A stretch of DNA of 64,000 nt from Setoptus koraiensis (lineage: Eukaryota; Animalia; Arthropoda): positions 20,522,001-20,586,000 of the forward strand of contig CM106586.1 in NCBI GenBank assembly GCA_048013815.1. The letters run 5' to 3'. Under the pieces are notes generated by a model. The model did no database searches. It had not been told where the DNA came from and saw only the letters and a program-made list of their open reading frames with translations. The translations under genes were made by a program, and so were the position numbers. The stretch's first letter is position 1. The number at the start of each line of letters is the position of its first letter. Positions 24,711-39,600 of this stretch are shown here, one piece after another.

Positions 24711-26389
24711 CCAGTGGCCGCAACGGGCCAATGCGGCAAACAGCCCGCTTGGCGCGGCCCGCTTGGGCGCCCGATCAATTACCCGAATCCGGTGGTTGTT
24801 TCGGGGTTCGTCAGTTCAGTTTGCGGCGCGCGGATGGGCCCACGAGGGCTCAAAAAGGCGGCCCAAGGGCCGAACGGGCGGCCGAGGGGCTGGAGCAGGC
24901 GTCCCAAGGGCTGAGCGGGCGGCCAAAAGGGCAGTTTTTTCGGGCCGCGCGCATCGCTCACTCACAAGAGCGCGCCCGAGAGCGGGGCCCGTCGCTAATT
25001 AATTTCGCCGGGCCCGGTCACGCGTTTGCGTTTAACGGGGGCTCGTTTGTTGCGATTGGCGAGCAAATTGAGTCAATAAAGGGGCGACTTTTTTCTCATG
25101 CCAGCCCGCGATGGCCGCCGTCCGATATCCGCACTAGTTGACGCGCCAGCGGAGCGGTGGCTGCGTCAGCACGGAACGGCGAGCACGGTCGACGCAAGTG
25201 CCAACGGATAGACGGATAAATAATGGCTGGCTGCCACCTCCAGCTCGAGCCAGCCAGCCAGCGAGTGAGTGAGCCAGCCGCCGAGATTGGAGCGACACGA
25301 GGATGGATCAAGTTGTGAGGCGCTCTAATCTCGGCCCGTCATGCACAGCGCCGGCTCAATTGTGCGCCGGCTGCAAGCCGATACGGCGCTTGTCGCCGAC
25401 TGGAGCTTAATTGTCTAATTATAACTTGGCACTTGATACAATAATAAACTCGCTAGCGAGCGACTAGCGAGATCATATGATGGCGTCGATGTGCCGCATT
25501 GGGCGACGCATCGGGCGCGATAGTTGGCGGCGGCGACAAGCCGCATGCTTGCGCTGTCGCAACGAGCTTGCCAGCGAGCACGCCGGCCACGTCGGACTGC
25601 GGGCAACTTTACAACTTTGGAAATAACACACACACACGAGAGTGTGATAAAGTGTGCGGATAAATAAAAGTGTCGGGATAAATAGAATGGACAGAGTTTC
25701 GCGAATTGTCAACAGAGCGCGACAACCATTCCGCTGAACGTTGGTCGGAATGGGCAAGACGACGACGGCGACGACGACGATCTCACGTGGCAGCGGCAAT
25801 GATGTCACCAGTGGCACCGACTGGCCTTGTCTTTGGCGCTGGCAGCGGCCAAAAGCTGCCCATGTCCATGTGATCTCGTGTTGCTCTCGAGTGGAGCGAA
25901 CGAGATGTGGCGAGCGAGATACAGAATGGGAGATATACGCCGAGAGCGAGCGAGAGAGAATCAATCAAATGTTAATATCAATAACAACAACAACAACAAC
26001 AACAACATTTGGCGAGCTAGCCGGCATCAGATCATCGCGGCGCCGGCTGTTTATTTATTATCACATTACACACTTTAGTGGTGCTGTTGCGGCGGCTGGC
26101 GCAGCCAACTAGTCGGTTGGTAGTTGCATAGTTCTAGTTTACTTTGCCCGTCTGTATGTCCAATCGTAATATCGTCGTCTCTTTAATATTTAATGTTATA
26201 TCATCATCGTTATATTATATTATGTGTCTAGCTAGTTTATTCGCTGGCGCTCGCTGGCGCTCGCTGCCGGCTGGCTGGCTGGCGAGCTCGCAGCAGCGAT
26301 AGCTGGAGCTGTTGTTGGTTATCAGTGAAAATGTAATGCTAATCGGAGCTCATGTATACACAGCGAGCGAGCGACAGCCAACAAACTAC

Positions 26390-26472
26390 AACTACGCCAA
26401 ACTACAACCACGGCAAACTACAACCACGGCAAACTACAACCACGGCAAACTACAACCACAGCAAACTACAAC
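26390..26472. repeat. 16-nt minisatellite (aaactacaaccacggc), ~5 copies
   Basis: Direct reading. Confidence 0.88.
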
Positions 26473-27597
26473 TACAGCAAACAAGCCACGGCCTATGCTT
26501 GTATGTGTAATATCATCGCCAGCCGAGACCACTACCGTCAACCACCGGCACCACCGCCAACCACCGCCACTAACAAACCATCCGTATGACCATACCACCA
26601 TTACATGCATATTACATGCGATGGCTTGCGAGAGAAGTGGCGCGCAAATGTCTATTTATGTTTATCATTTGCTCTCTTGGCTCGCTTCATCGTCGCGTAT
26701 CGTCGCCTGTATCGTCGCCTGTATCGTCGCCTGTATCGTTGGCCGAGGTTGACGCGGGCGCGACCCGCGAGGGGACGCTAATGCGCTTTCAGCGCCACTG
26801 GCGAGTTGCCGCCAGTAGGCACCCATGCGCCTATTGATGAATGTGTCGATGGTCGATGAGCGTGTGCAGCAGCAGCAGCAACAAAACGAAGCGCAACACT
26901 TGGCGCGACACACAAGTTGTCGCTGGCTGTCGCGAGCGCGTCGCAAGCGCGCCTAGCGTGCAAAACCCGCACACAGCATGAGCGCTTTAGAGCGCGCCAC
27001 ACAAACTAGGGAAAGCGATCGGATCACGGGCCACATCTAATGCAATGCTATTAGCGCCACTCTCACAGATTAGTCTACAAATAGATATAAATATAAATAC
27101 GAGTATAAGTATAAATATAAATATAAATGGCGCGATAGCCATAGTTATCCCAACAGCGTCACATGCGAGCATACAGTCACCGTGAGCAGCAGTCATCATA
27201 GTTACATAACATTGGCACGGCGAGAGAGGGCATGACTAGCATGCTATTGCTCACACGGTGCAATGATGGTGTCATTGAACGGATAGTCGAAATTGCTTCC
27301 TGTTGTTGGCTGCTGTTGTCAGTGGCAACAGCAGCGACAGCAGCGACAGCTTCACAACCGGCCAACAAAGTGACACTAGCCAGCCAGGGGGGCCTGGGGT
27401 GTTCACATTGAAGTGATCCAAGCGATCTAATGAACTCGCTCACGCTTACGTAACTTGCGTACTCCTGTTCTCTAATCTTCTTTTGTTGTTTTTGTCCATG
27501 CATTTTATTTTTATTTTCATTTCTCTTTATCATTTCTCTTTATTTTAAAGCCCATGTCACCTATTGCTGGTCGTCGATGGTATCATATCTGCGTTGA

Positions 27598-27631
<34 letters not shown>

Positions 27632-30600
27632 GTAAGCCCCTGTAGTACAGGGCCTGTACGACATGGCCTGCAGTCGTGGCGATCATCATATGATTTCTCG
27701 CATGTTAGTCTCGGGCTCACTTTGGGCGCTCACAGCCGCCCGGCTCTACACTCTACGGCGGCCCGATCGGCCGGCCGTACAGAGTAGAGTGCGCAGGCAA
27801 CGGCGACAATTATCCGCACGGGCACCACCCGACACCGACGCAGCATCGGCGACGCGGCCGGCAGCGGCCCGCACCTACACAAACGAGCTTGATAATAAGC
27901 AACGATAATTATCAATTTACACTAGCTAAACGCAGCAAATCGAAGTAAATGTGTTGCACTGACACTGTGAGCGCGGCTCGGCGGTGGCAATGCCGCCACG
28001 GCCGTGCTCTATCCATGCTCGGCGGTGCCGAGCGTCGCGAGTATCGAAACGCTTGTCGAAACGCCCGTCGAAGCGCCTGTCGAAACGCCTGTCGAAACGT
28101 GTGTCGCAACGAAACGTCTGAAAGTGGCTCGATGGCTGCGATCGGCGCGATCGCAGCTTGCACAGCCTCAGATATACGAGATATTCGAGGTATACGAGAT
28201 ATACGCAGATACGCAGATACGCCGATACGCCGATACGCGAAATCTCTACGCGCCGCCTGCTACAGAGCGCAGCCGATAAATAAGTGGGTAAATGTCGACA
28301 GTGCAAACAGATAGGGTTCAAGCGAGTTCACCTATCCATTCATCGGATCGCTTGCGTCGGATCGGCTGCGTCGGATCGGCTGCGTCGGATCGGCTGCGTC
28401 GGATCTCGGCTCGGCCGGCTCATCTGCTTATCAGACGTCATCTCGGCAATCCGTCGCTGCTGCTTTTGCCGATTTTGTCGCGCGTTTGCACAAATCTCGC
28501 TCGCGTCTGAGCTCGCCGCCGTCGCCGTCCCGAGCCGACGCAAACGTCGCCCGGGCGCAAGCGGGCGAACGTCGGCCAATCTCGGAGCGGGCGCGGGCGG
28601 AAGGTCGGCCGAGGGACGGAGCGTCGACGAATCGGGCACGAGACGTCGACGAATCGGGCACGAGACGTCGACGGAGCATCGACGAATAGGGACGCAGCAT
28701 CGATGAAACGGCACGAAGCGTCGACGAAACAGCCCGACAGCGACGCGCGGTCGCCGCTCGACGCTAATAACACGCCGGGCCGCACAAAAATAACAGCGTC
28801 GCCGTTGCGTCATTACAATGTGACAGCACACAAACAGATGTCGCAATGCCATATTGCCCGTTGGTGGTGCTCTGGCAGCCAACTACGGCAACGGCCCGCT
28901 AACGCACCGCGAGGCGCCGCTCGTCTGAACTTGGAATGTGTCGTCTTGAACTGGGCTGGCTAGTTGCGCCAGTCGCCGTCATGGGCGCCACTCGTCGGTG
29001 CCAGGGGCCCCACTCGCGCGGCATCACCTCATAACGGCGCACCATCCATACGCGAGGGCGCACAACTGGTACGCGGGCGGCGCACAGGAACAGGAAGCCG
29101 GTCACAGTTGTAACTGTTCACGGTTGCTTGTTTGCATTTACTCACGACACTCGCGAACAGTGATCGCCACTGACAGCGCTGTGACATACTGCTGGTTACC
29201 CGTGTGCAAACCGCGGGCGCCGCACGGGCACAAATTGAGCCATTTGTTATGCAAGCGCAGCTGCCGGTTGCGGGCCCAAAGGCTGGCCGCGTCTAGCCAG
29301 ACGACGGCGGTTGCGTCAGCGGGCCCAACTTAATCAGTCGCAATTGATGGGCGCATCGAGCAACTAACTACTGTAGCGATACTGTAATGATCACGCAAAC
29401 GATCGACGCACAGGCCGCACAGGCGGCACAGGCGTTGCGCCCATTTTTTGGCGCGCCGGGTATCTGTGCGACGGTCACGCCAACCCGCCGGCCAGGCGCC
29501 CGACCGGCCCTGCCCGAACCAGCCACACCGGCGACACAGGCGACCAGAGCAGCGCCCGAACCGGCCCGGCGGCCATGTGGCCGGCTGTTGGCAGCGCCGC
29601 CATGGTCCGTTGCGCCGGTTGCGTGGCCCGCTTAACGGCGGCCGCTCGCCAGTCGGCACAATTGGCAATTGTCGGTGCCGTTCGCGACATTCGCGACACT
29701 CGCAGTGGCGGCCGCAGGCGAGCCGCCTCCACCGGCCACCACAAGTCCGCTGTTTGATGCAACGACAAGTGAGCCGTGAATTGTCGCCCACTGTCGGCGC
29801 CCGTTTGTGCGCCGGCCGGCCGGTCGCTCCGGCCAGCGGTCAGCGGACAGGTCCGCCGCAGCGCTTGCCACCGACCGCATTGGTGCGAATTCGAGCAAAA
29901 TCGTGCGCCCAGAGCCAACGTGCGGCGCCCGCGGCCAGGCTGACGGGCCGGCACGAGAGAGAGAGAGAGAGAGACAAATGAGAGCCACTCGGCATAGACG
30001 ATCGACGGGCCGGGACCGGGCCGGCGCTGTGACAATGCGCATCGGGCAGCGCGGGCCGTCCGATCATCTGATTAATGGCGGTGATACCGTTATGTTTGCG
30101 CTGGCTTGTCGACTGTGTCTGGCGGCCACAGTTGTCGCCGTGGCTGTTGGTTTGCGGCCCGGCAGCCACTCTCGTCTCGGCTAAACCGCGTTTGAGTGTG
30201 TGTGTTGACACCATTAATTTGTTTGATTTGCATGTTCCGTCTGTTTGCGGTGGCTCCGTTGGCCGGGCCGGGCCGGCCCGGCCCGGCGAGCCAGCGCCCG
30301 GTGTTTCGCTCGCCGCGTTGCCGTTGGAGCGGCCCGACGAGCGCTGCTCGGCCGCGCTCGGCCGGCCGGCTCGCCGCGAGGAATAAAACTGCCCCAATGG
30401 CACGAAGCGAATCCGCTGCATCTGGACATAGCAGCGTTTGTGACACGACTCAGTGGCACCGGCTCGCTGCCATTGGTGCACGTCTTTCTTTTATTTCACT
30501 TGTTCGCCCATTCGCCTATTCACTTATTTATTGTTGCCAGTTGGCCAGTCGCCGGCGCAGACTGTGGCACGCAGACTGGCCAGTCGGAATGGCGGCTGCG

Positions 30601-33600
30601 CTCCGCTCGCAATCAATTATCTATCATCAAATGTTTATAATCCGGCTCGAAATGAGCGCAAGTGCTGGCCGGCCGGCCGGTCGGCCGGCATGTCGACTGG
30701 CTTTGAAACGCGCATTAATGGCCCGGCCTTAATGTCAGCCGACTCATGGCTCGGCCGGCGCTGGTCGCGCCGCCGGCCCGAGCTCCGCACCGAGCTCCGC
30801 ACCGAGCTTCGGACCGAGCTGCGCACAGACGCAACTGTGTGCTTGCGGGCGCCCGCCGTTGACGGGCAGCGTCGGCCAAGGCCAGCGGTCGCTTCGGCGA
30901 GCGTCTCGCCGGCGCAACAGCCTCAGCTGACTCGCCAGTGGCCGGCCACGGCTCGACTGGTGGCGAGTCGTCGAGTCGCCAATTAGTGGAGTCTTAATGT
31001 CGTCGCATCGTCGGATCGTCGCATTGCCGCATCGTCGCGGAAGCGGCAGCTGCCCGCTCGCGCTCTAGCGGCCGGTTACGCGCACAACTGGCCTTGCAGT
31101 GGAAAAGTCGCGGCTCGAACTGCGAACGCCCCGTTTCGACTCGCATTATTCTCATTATTCTCGGCGTTCTCGGTCGTCGGTGTTGCCAGTGGTCGCTCCA
31201 TTCTTATCGCGCTAGCGGTGCCAGTGGCGAAGCGAGCTCGCACGCAGCACCCGCGGACAAAGCGCTCGCGAAGCCAGTCAGAGGTCATTGGCCTGTTGCT
31301 GTTCCCGTAATCATTGCGCCTATTATGTCCATCGGCCGCCATTATCTGTCGCGCCCACTGCCGGCCGGCCACCCGCCCGCCGCTAGGTGTCTCTCGGGTC
31401 GATCACCGGTCAGTGGTGCGGCCCGAAGCGCCGCAATCGGCCCGACGGGCACAATGAGCGCAAGTGGCCGCACCGGGCCGAGACTCGCCCACAGAAGTGA
31501 CCGGTGCGGCGCTGTTGGCAGCGATTGTTGTTGCGGTATGTTGTGTTGTCGATGGTCGTGTAATTGAACAACAAGTGCAAGTGTCAGTGGCGCGGCCAAC
31601 ACACACACACACAAACTTTGACACTTGCACCGCTGCCCAAACTGCTGGCAGCGTGCACAGGTGAGCCGCTGCGAATGCCTGCCCATATTGTTATATTATA
31701 TATTGTGTGCACCATTATCATTATCAGCTGTTGGCCTGCTCGGCGCTGTCGATGGCCCGTTTGCAATGCTTGGCTTGTTTTGTTCGTCGGCTCACCGACG
31801 CCCGACAATGATGACGCTGCACCGCGCACCAGCGAGCTGCACCGCGCACCAGCGAGACGCACCGTGCACCGGCGAGCCGCGCCGTGCAGTGCACCAGCGA
31901 GACAGTTATGAGCTGTTGTTACGCCTGTTGGCCGGCAGAGAGCGAGAGAGAGAGAGCGGCCACTTGTTGAGTCGCGAACAAGCGACAGTGCCCGTCAGCG
32001 TCGCGTCCGTCCCGACTCGACATTCTCGAGTGGCTCAGCCATGGGCCGTTCGGACCGAACGAGCGGCCGACTCGAACGGAGCGAGCGACTCGCAAAGAAG
32101 CGACGGCGCAAATAATAGCTCACAGCACGCACCGACCGAGCTGTCTTGAGGCGCAGGACTCGAGAGGCGGAGAGCGTTGAACTCTGGCTCGCTGCCACTT
32201 GCTGACCACTGCTTGCTGACCAGTGCTTGCTGACCAGTGCTTGCTGACCAGTGGCCGCAGCGAGAGCGGCCGCGGCGAGAGTGGCCGCCGGCCGGCGAGC
32301 GCTAATCTCGCTGTCGGTGGCTGGCGAGTGGCGCAAGCTGGCGAACGCGCAACTTGCACGGAGCGCCGCGTCGGAGCGTTCGGCGGCGCAAAGCCGAAGC
32401 CGCAGAGCCCGTTCGGTGCGCGTTCGCTGCCCGTCCGTTTGATGCTGGCCAGCACTGTCGCCGGTGGCGAACGCGCCAGCACGCCAGCGATTGGCCAACT
32501 CACCGCGGATGGACGCGCCTGACAAGCCAACTGGCGCTGGCTTAATGAGCTGCGCCGCTGTCGAACGCTTCGCGTTCGCCGCGAACGCTGCCAACTCGAA
32601 CGCTGCGAACGCTTCGGAGCGACCTCGAAGCGCTCGTTTGTGCCAGCGAGCGCTGCCCTGGCTCATTACTCATGGCGCTTGTGGAGCGAGCGCTGGCCAG
32701 CCGATGCCCGCAACAGGCAAGCGCCCGACGAGCCCGACGAGCCCGTGGAAGGCGGCGCAGGGCTCGTCGGCCGACATGCCGGCCAACGAGACGCCATAAC
32801 GAGCAGAGAATAAATAATAATAAATAACAAATATAAATAAAATAATGGTGCTGAGTGCGTATAACAAAGGCACGCGAAATGACAGACCAACACGAACTAA
32901 CATGATAACACAACAACCGACACAACCACGACGCGGCCGCCCGTCTGCGCACCGGGCAAAACTTTCGCCGCTGCCCGCCGGCCGGTGCCTCAACTTGTGG
33001 CGCTGACCGGCTCATGGGAGCACAGCCAAGCCAAAACAGGCCAGAATTAAAGATAGATGGCCAGACAGACGAGACGACACGAAGCAAGCGTGAGTGACCA
33101 CCGAAACGGAACTGTGCCAAGCGGCGCCGCTGCGCAACCCGCGCGGCCGGTCCGCCGAGCTGCACCTGCCCGCGAAGGGCAACCTGTTGCACGGCTCTTG
33201 CCGCTCTTGCCGCTCTTGCCGCTCTTACCGCTCGTATAGCTCGGGTGATCGGCGATCGCGCCGTCTTATCAGCGACAATCAGCGAGCGCGCCGCCGATAA
33301 TCACTTGGCCGAGCAGCGCCTGCGCCGCCGCTAATCTAATTAGCTAATCAGCGTTGTTTGGCGGCCCCAATTGTCTTGCTGCGCACGAGAGTGTGCACAG
33401 CGCTCGGTTGCATCAGCCGAATCAGTTCGTCGAGCCGCCGCCGACCGGGCCAGCCGGTCGCGTCGGGCCTGCCGACTCGGCCCGGCGGCAGCGGCGGCGG
33501 CGGGTCGGCTCAGGCGTGCTCGCCTCGTTCAGCCTTGAACTGAGCCGGCCCGCCGGAAGTGGCTGGCTGGCCGGCTGGCTGCTGCCGCCGCGGGTGCTGC

Positions 33601-36600
33601 GCTGGGCGGGTACGGCCCCGCCAGGTCGCCGTGGCAGTGGCACAGGGCCATGGGTAGGGTGTCGGATATATGGGGCATGGACGATGATTCTCTCAAGGCT
33701 AACTGGCGTTGACGTAACCACTGCGAAGAAGGTTGCAGCAGCAGCTTTCGTTTTCATGCTCAACGCGGTGGTTGTTGCTGTCGCTGTTGGCCGTCGCTGT
33801 TGCTTGTTGCCGTCGCTGTTGTTGTTGGTGTTGGCGTTGTTGTTGTTGCTGGCGCTGTTGCTGCTGTTGTTGCTGCTGTTGTTGCGGCTGTTGTTGGCGC
33901 TGTTGTTGCCGCTGTTGTGTCCAATTGGTGTTGGTTCAAATTATAGCTATTGAAGAAATAGCAACATCATCACTATGTTATCATTACGTTGCTTCTCTGG
34001 CTGGCTCGTCGTTGGGTTTGTTTTGCATTGGCCGGCGCAGTGCGTTGTGTGCGCTAAATGGTGGTAATGGTGGTGCACTTTTGCTCGGTCTATTATCGCT
34101 CTGCGTGGAGCGGCTGCCCGGCCGCCGCCGCAACAACCGGCTCGGCTGCCATGGCAACCGGCCGGCTCTCTCGTTGCAAAGACTGCACCGAGAGCCAAGT
34201 GCGAATAGCCGGCCAAAACGAGCCAGAGCGAGAGAGAGAGAGCGAAAACAACGACCAGCGTCAATAGGTAACGCTAGGCCGGCCAATTCGCCAGCATCAA
34301 TTGTTGTTTGTTGCGAGCGCGGTGTGAGCATCAATTATTAAGCTGCCAGCCAGTTGTTGCTGTCGCTGTCGACGTTGTTGTTGTTGTTGTTGTTGTTGTT
34401 GTTGCTGCTGCTGTTGTTGCTGTTGGCGCGGTTGTTGCCGCTGTCGCTCGAAATAGTACAGCCGAAAATAGTGGAAATGAGCGCAAATAAGCGAAAGCAG
34501 CAACCACACCGGCAGCCGTTGCGCAAGGCCCGGCGCAAAAATTAATAACAACAACAATAATGACCGAGGAGAATTATAATTTCATCAGACGCAACACAAA
34601 CTGGCTAACACACCGACAATCGAAGGCCAGTCTAGCCAATGTGTGGCCGGTGCGGGCCGGGCCGGCTTAGCAGCCAGTGTCCACACAATAAGCGCCGCAA
34701 CAGCAACAACAATATCAAGGTGAGACAAGCGCGCAAACACGTTTTATGGCCAGCGATCGGTCGCCGCAACTGCCAACATCAATTAGATCAGCTTGCCGGT
34801 CACGACGCGGCCGCCATCACGCTTGCCGTTTGTCGCCTCGGTCGCCCTGGTCGCTCTCGGCGCGGCCCGTGCGCCGCGGCCCGTGCGCCGCGGCCCGACC
34901 TTGCCAACTTGGCAAATGACTGTGCGCTGCGCTGCTCGCCCGAACCACGTCTCGCAATCTCGCCATGCCAGCCATGTCGCCTCGCCCGAACGGTCCGTCA
35001 GGCGACAACTGTGCCGCCGGCGCGGCACCCAGGCCAGACCGTCGCCGAAGCGAGCGCCACGGGAATGATCCGGCCGCTGCGGCAGTGGTTCGATCTCCGA
35101 TTTCTAGGCCACTGAATCTCGATGACGCCGAATCTCGACGCCGCCGAATCTCGGTGCGAACCGGGCGACCGTCGGGAGCCGCGGACCGGCCCACGGACGG
35201 GCGGCGAGCCAGCCCGAGTTGTCGGCCATTAGCTGTCAGTTGTTTAACTAGCCAAATGATAAATGGCAGACGGTAACATGTTCATATATTACCATTATTT
35301 ATGTGCCTGTTCGGCGCGCACTAGGCGCCGCTTATTGACACTGCCGGCCCGTGCAACCGACAACCAACCGCGCCCGGCTGGCTCACTGCGGTCAGCGGCC
35401 CCAAACCGGTGAACACACACAGCGGCGTCAGCAAACAACCGGCCTAACGAGCAGCGAAGGGGCCCCAAAGCACCCATAGAGCACACATGAATCGTGAGTG
35501 GCAAATGTCAATTTAAATGCTGCCATGATACTGTGCCCAATCTGCTGCTGCACAATCTGTGCTGCAGCGGTCTGTTCTGTGCACCGGTCGGTTCCTGTTG
35601 CGCTGACGCGCACCCGATCAGCTGATCGGGCGGTCAGTCGCAGCGCCTCGTGCACACGCACCGCAGACTTTTCCTTGCTGGGCACGGGGGCCCAGAAAGG
35701 GGCCACGATCGCAATTGGCTACTCATCGCGACACTCCTGTGGCATATATATACCGCCGGTATAGTACCGCTACATGTTGGGTATCTATTAGGGTATCTAT
35801 TAGGTATGTGCCGGGTACATGTTGGGTTCTGGGTTGGTTGCATCATGCAACTTGCATAGGTGAGGCATAGGTGGCCCAGTCAGCTGATGTGCGATTGCCG
35901 TCGATCAGCTGACAGCGCGAGCTGACACGAGCTGACAAGTGGCGCCGCCAATACAATTAACCAGCATCAGATGTGTGTACCTTGTATAGGCGCTGGTGGT
36001 GCTCGACTGTTGCTGTTGGTGCATTTAAATTTGCGAACGCGCATTTAAATATACGCACGGCGAGCGTACTAATTAGTTTGTAGACCACGGTGCATGGCGC
36101 GGTGCATCGTGCACCACAGGCTGTGGTGCAAGTCGACAGAGCCGGGCCAACCGGGCAACCAGCCGATTGGCCAGCAACAGGCAACCGACTTAGCCGGCCG
36201 CTCGCAATTTGTTCACGCCTCGCTGCACCCACCGGGACCCGCCCTCCCGCTCCAGTGGCGTATGTGCAGTGTGTGTGTGTGTGTGCGCGCGCTTGGGCCG
36301 CCTAGATTTGCTCGGGGTATTTGTCGGCGTGCATCTGTGCACCAGACAAAGTCTGCCAGTTGTGTGTTCTATGGTGCGTGGTGCAACGCTGCACTCGTGC
36401 TTGGTGCCGCCATTAAATTGGTGTGTCGTGCTGCTGCAATCGCACCAACTGCACTGTGTGCAGTCTGCATACACTGGCGCATTGGTGCACTGGGTATACC
36501 CCGGACATGCTAGCGGGCGAGGGCACAGCCCGTACTACAGGGTAGTTGTTGCGCCGTGTACTGGGCACCAGTGTCATCGGGCACCGTCGCGATTGGGTAC

Positions 36601-39600
36601 CAGTGCCATCGGGTCGCTGACAGTGCCGTTTTGCAGCCGGGCACCAACGCGGGCACCAACGCGGGCACCAACGCGGGCACCACGCACGCCCGGACAGGTA
36701 GAACGTGTGCCAGCGTTTGACCTTGGCCAGCCACTTGTGGGTAACCCGCGCGAGTAACGGTGAGTGCCCCGGCGCGACGAGCGCTGCCCAGGCTCGGGTA
36801 TCGCTCGGTAATAGCGAGTTTGTATCATTGGCAGCGTGCGCGTAATGATTAGCCAAGGGGGCCCCGTTGGCCAGTGGCGCCCCAACGTGCGGCCGTTGGT
36901 ATCATCAGCTGTCTGGTGATTGGACTAGAAATCAGGGTCTCATCGCTAATGATCTCGCTGATGCACACACTGGGCCAACTGGGCAGATATAGGCGCCGGG
37001 GCACGGGGTTTGTTTGTGTCGCTATGAGCTGGCTGGCATGACAAACAACGCAAACTGCATTGCATTGACACTGTTGTTTGCTCCGAGTAAATCGATTGCC
37101 ATTAGACGTGGCAGCGGGCAATCATTTACGTGGCGTGTTGTGTATGAGTGGTGCACGCGTTGTGTACGTGTTGTGCACGGGGGCCATTGTATTAGCGGCG
37201 TGTTTGTATTGGTGCGGTGTCGCTGACGTTTCGGGCCCGTTGATGAATGAGCCGATTCGCCGCGATTCGATTCAAATCGAATCGCTCGAGCCGGCCGATC
37301 AGCCGCTCGAACTTGAAACCGGTCGCCGAGTTCGGCCCCCTCGGGCCTCGGCGGCCCGGAGCAGCGCTGCTCCGGAGGAGGGGACGCCGCGCCGACGGAG
37401 GGGAGTTGTTGTGTCACTTTTGTCGGGCCCACTGCTGTCGAGAGTTAACCCACTTCTGGCGCTGCCACTGGCATTATGCAGAATGGCCGCGGCACCAGCG
37501 ACAACAGCCCAGTCGGCAGCGACAACAGCCCAGTCCGGCAGCGACCGCGGCCCAGTCGGTGCCCTTGGAGCGTCGCTCTCGTCGCGGAATTATGGCATTA
37601 TCGCGGCGCTGGCCGGAGAGAGGTTCGGGCAGAAGTGGCCCGACAGCGGCAGCGCCAGCAGCCAGCGAAACGACAAAGAATTATTCATCCCGTTCGGCGA
37701 CGCGGCCCGTTGCGGCTCGTCGTGGCGTTCGTGCCCGTTCCAATTCCAGTTCCAGCAACCCCGGCACAACCTATAGGCCAGCGCGACACACAGTGGGCAT
37801 TACCAGCGGGCCATTACCATAAAGTACGTGCAAACACACGTAGCAGCAGCAGCACCATTTAGCGACACAGGCGCTGCCATAAAGATACAACCACATGCCA
37901 GCCTCGCGGCGAACGCTGCCGAACCGAGCCGACCGAACGGGCGAACGCGGCCCAAACGAACGCGGCCGAAACGAACGCCGCCGAAACGAACGCCGCCGGA
38001 GAGGCGAGAACTCGGGAGCGGGCACCGAAACAGCGGCCGACGGCGCGAGCGAACGCAAGCGAATTAGAATTACAATTGGAACTTTAACTGGAATTACAAC
38101 ATTACAATTGGAATGATGATTTTGCGATAGAGCGACCGGCGCTTGCGATGCATTCATTCATTTAATAATGGCCAGTTCCAGTTGGCGCTTCCATTTGCTC
38201 TTCATCACGATTAGCGTTCGCTCTGCTCCAATTCAATGCCATCCGCGCCGCCAATCCAAGCAGCTCACATGGCCCGGCCCGCAACTTGCAAATTGCGCAC
38301 GCCAAACGGCGGACGGCCGCCAATGGCTGCCAAGTGGGCCGCTCGCGACGGAGCGAGCCCGAGCGCGGCTCTCGAAGCGAGCGCCCGCAGAAGCCCCAGC
38401 GGCCGACGGAGGCGACGGATTGACGCGGCGACCGCCGCCGCCGCCGAAGCCAGACCAGTGGCGAAGCCCCAGTTGGCCCAGTTGTCGCTCTCGGCCTGAC
38501 GAAGGCCAGCTGGGCCCGGCTCGAGCGGGCCTCACGGGGCGGCCCGTCGCAGCTACGCTAATCCGGCCAGCTCTGGGGCGGGCGGGCGCACGCCGATCGG
38601 GCATCGGTCGCTCCAGTGTCAGCGCCATGTCCGATTGACGCACCGCTCATGTCGAGCCAGATCGTCGGAGCGGCCGTGCGGCCGCTCTCTTGGCGAGAAT
38701 CTTGCGCCGAGTGACGCCGACGGGGAGCTGCTGCCACTGCCGAAATTAATTACTTTTCTAACGAGGTGCCCGAGACGTCGAGCGTGGGCTCGTTAGCGGG
38801 CGCCGCTTACTTGTGGCTCATGTTTCACGCGGGGCTGATGGCGCGCAATGGGCCGCCGACTCGCAGGCTGCCAGTCGCAGCTCGACCAATGCGGCACCGC
38901 GAGCACTTGCGACCGGCCCGGACGCCGGCCGACACCGACGGGTCCCGACACCGACGCCGAGCGGGCGGATAATGAGCGCATGAGCTGACAACTACTGACA
39001 TTTATATCGCCGGCCACCGGCACGGATTTTAAAGCTCGCAATCCTATCTGTGCCAGCGCCTATAATCTGTTTATAGCCACGCATATACTGCAAATGCCAA
39101 ATAGACTAATATGCCGCATTTGCTACGTGTTCGGTATGCATATAATCAGCTGTGTGAACTGCATACGTGTTTAAATTTATATTTATCCGAGTGTGTGTAT
39201 GGGGGCGCTGGCTGTTGCTGGCGCGGACGGTCGGCGAGCCATTTAATTGGTCGCTGCCCAGAGCAACAAAATAATTCATCTCAAATAATAATAGCAATCA
39301 TCATCAATTCATGGGTGTGCATGCCATATATGGCATATTGCATGCCTTACAGAGCGCCACTGAGGCACGCGCTCCGCTCGGCCCGGCTCGGCCTGCGGGT
39401 CCGCCCCGCGCCTCGCTGTCCGCCCCGCGCTTTGAGTGCCCATTCCGGCGGATGGCATCGAATGCGCTTCGAATCGTTCGCTGGAACGGATCTCGTCTCG
39501 CTCGTTCGGCTCTCTGGCTGCTGCCACCGAACGGTGCGACTGGCGCGAACGGAGCGCCTCCGCAGGAGCGGTTCGGGCGGTTGGATCGGCCGACCGGAGC

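Noticed and set aside
28619-28740. Regularly repeated ~22-nt units that could be mistaken for a CRISPR array
   Set aside because: Head-to-tail tandem copies with no unique spacers, no cas genes, and a eukaryotic context.
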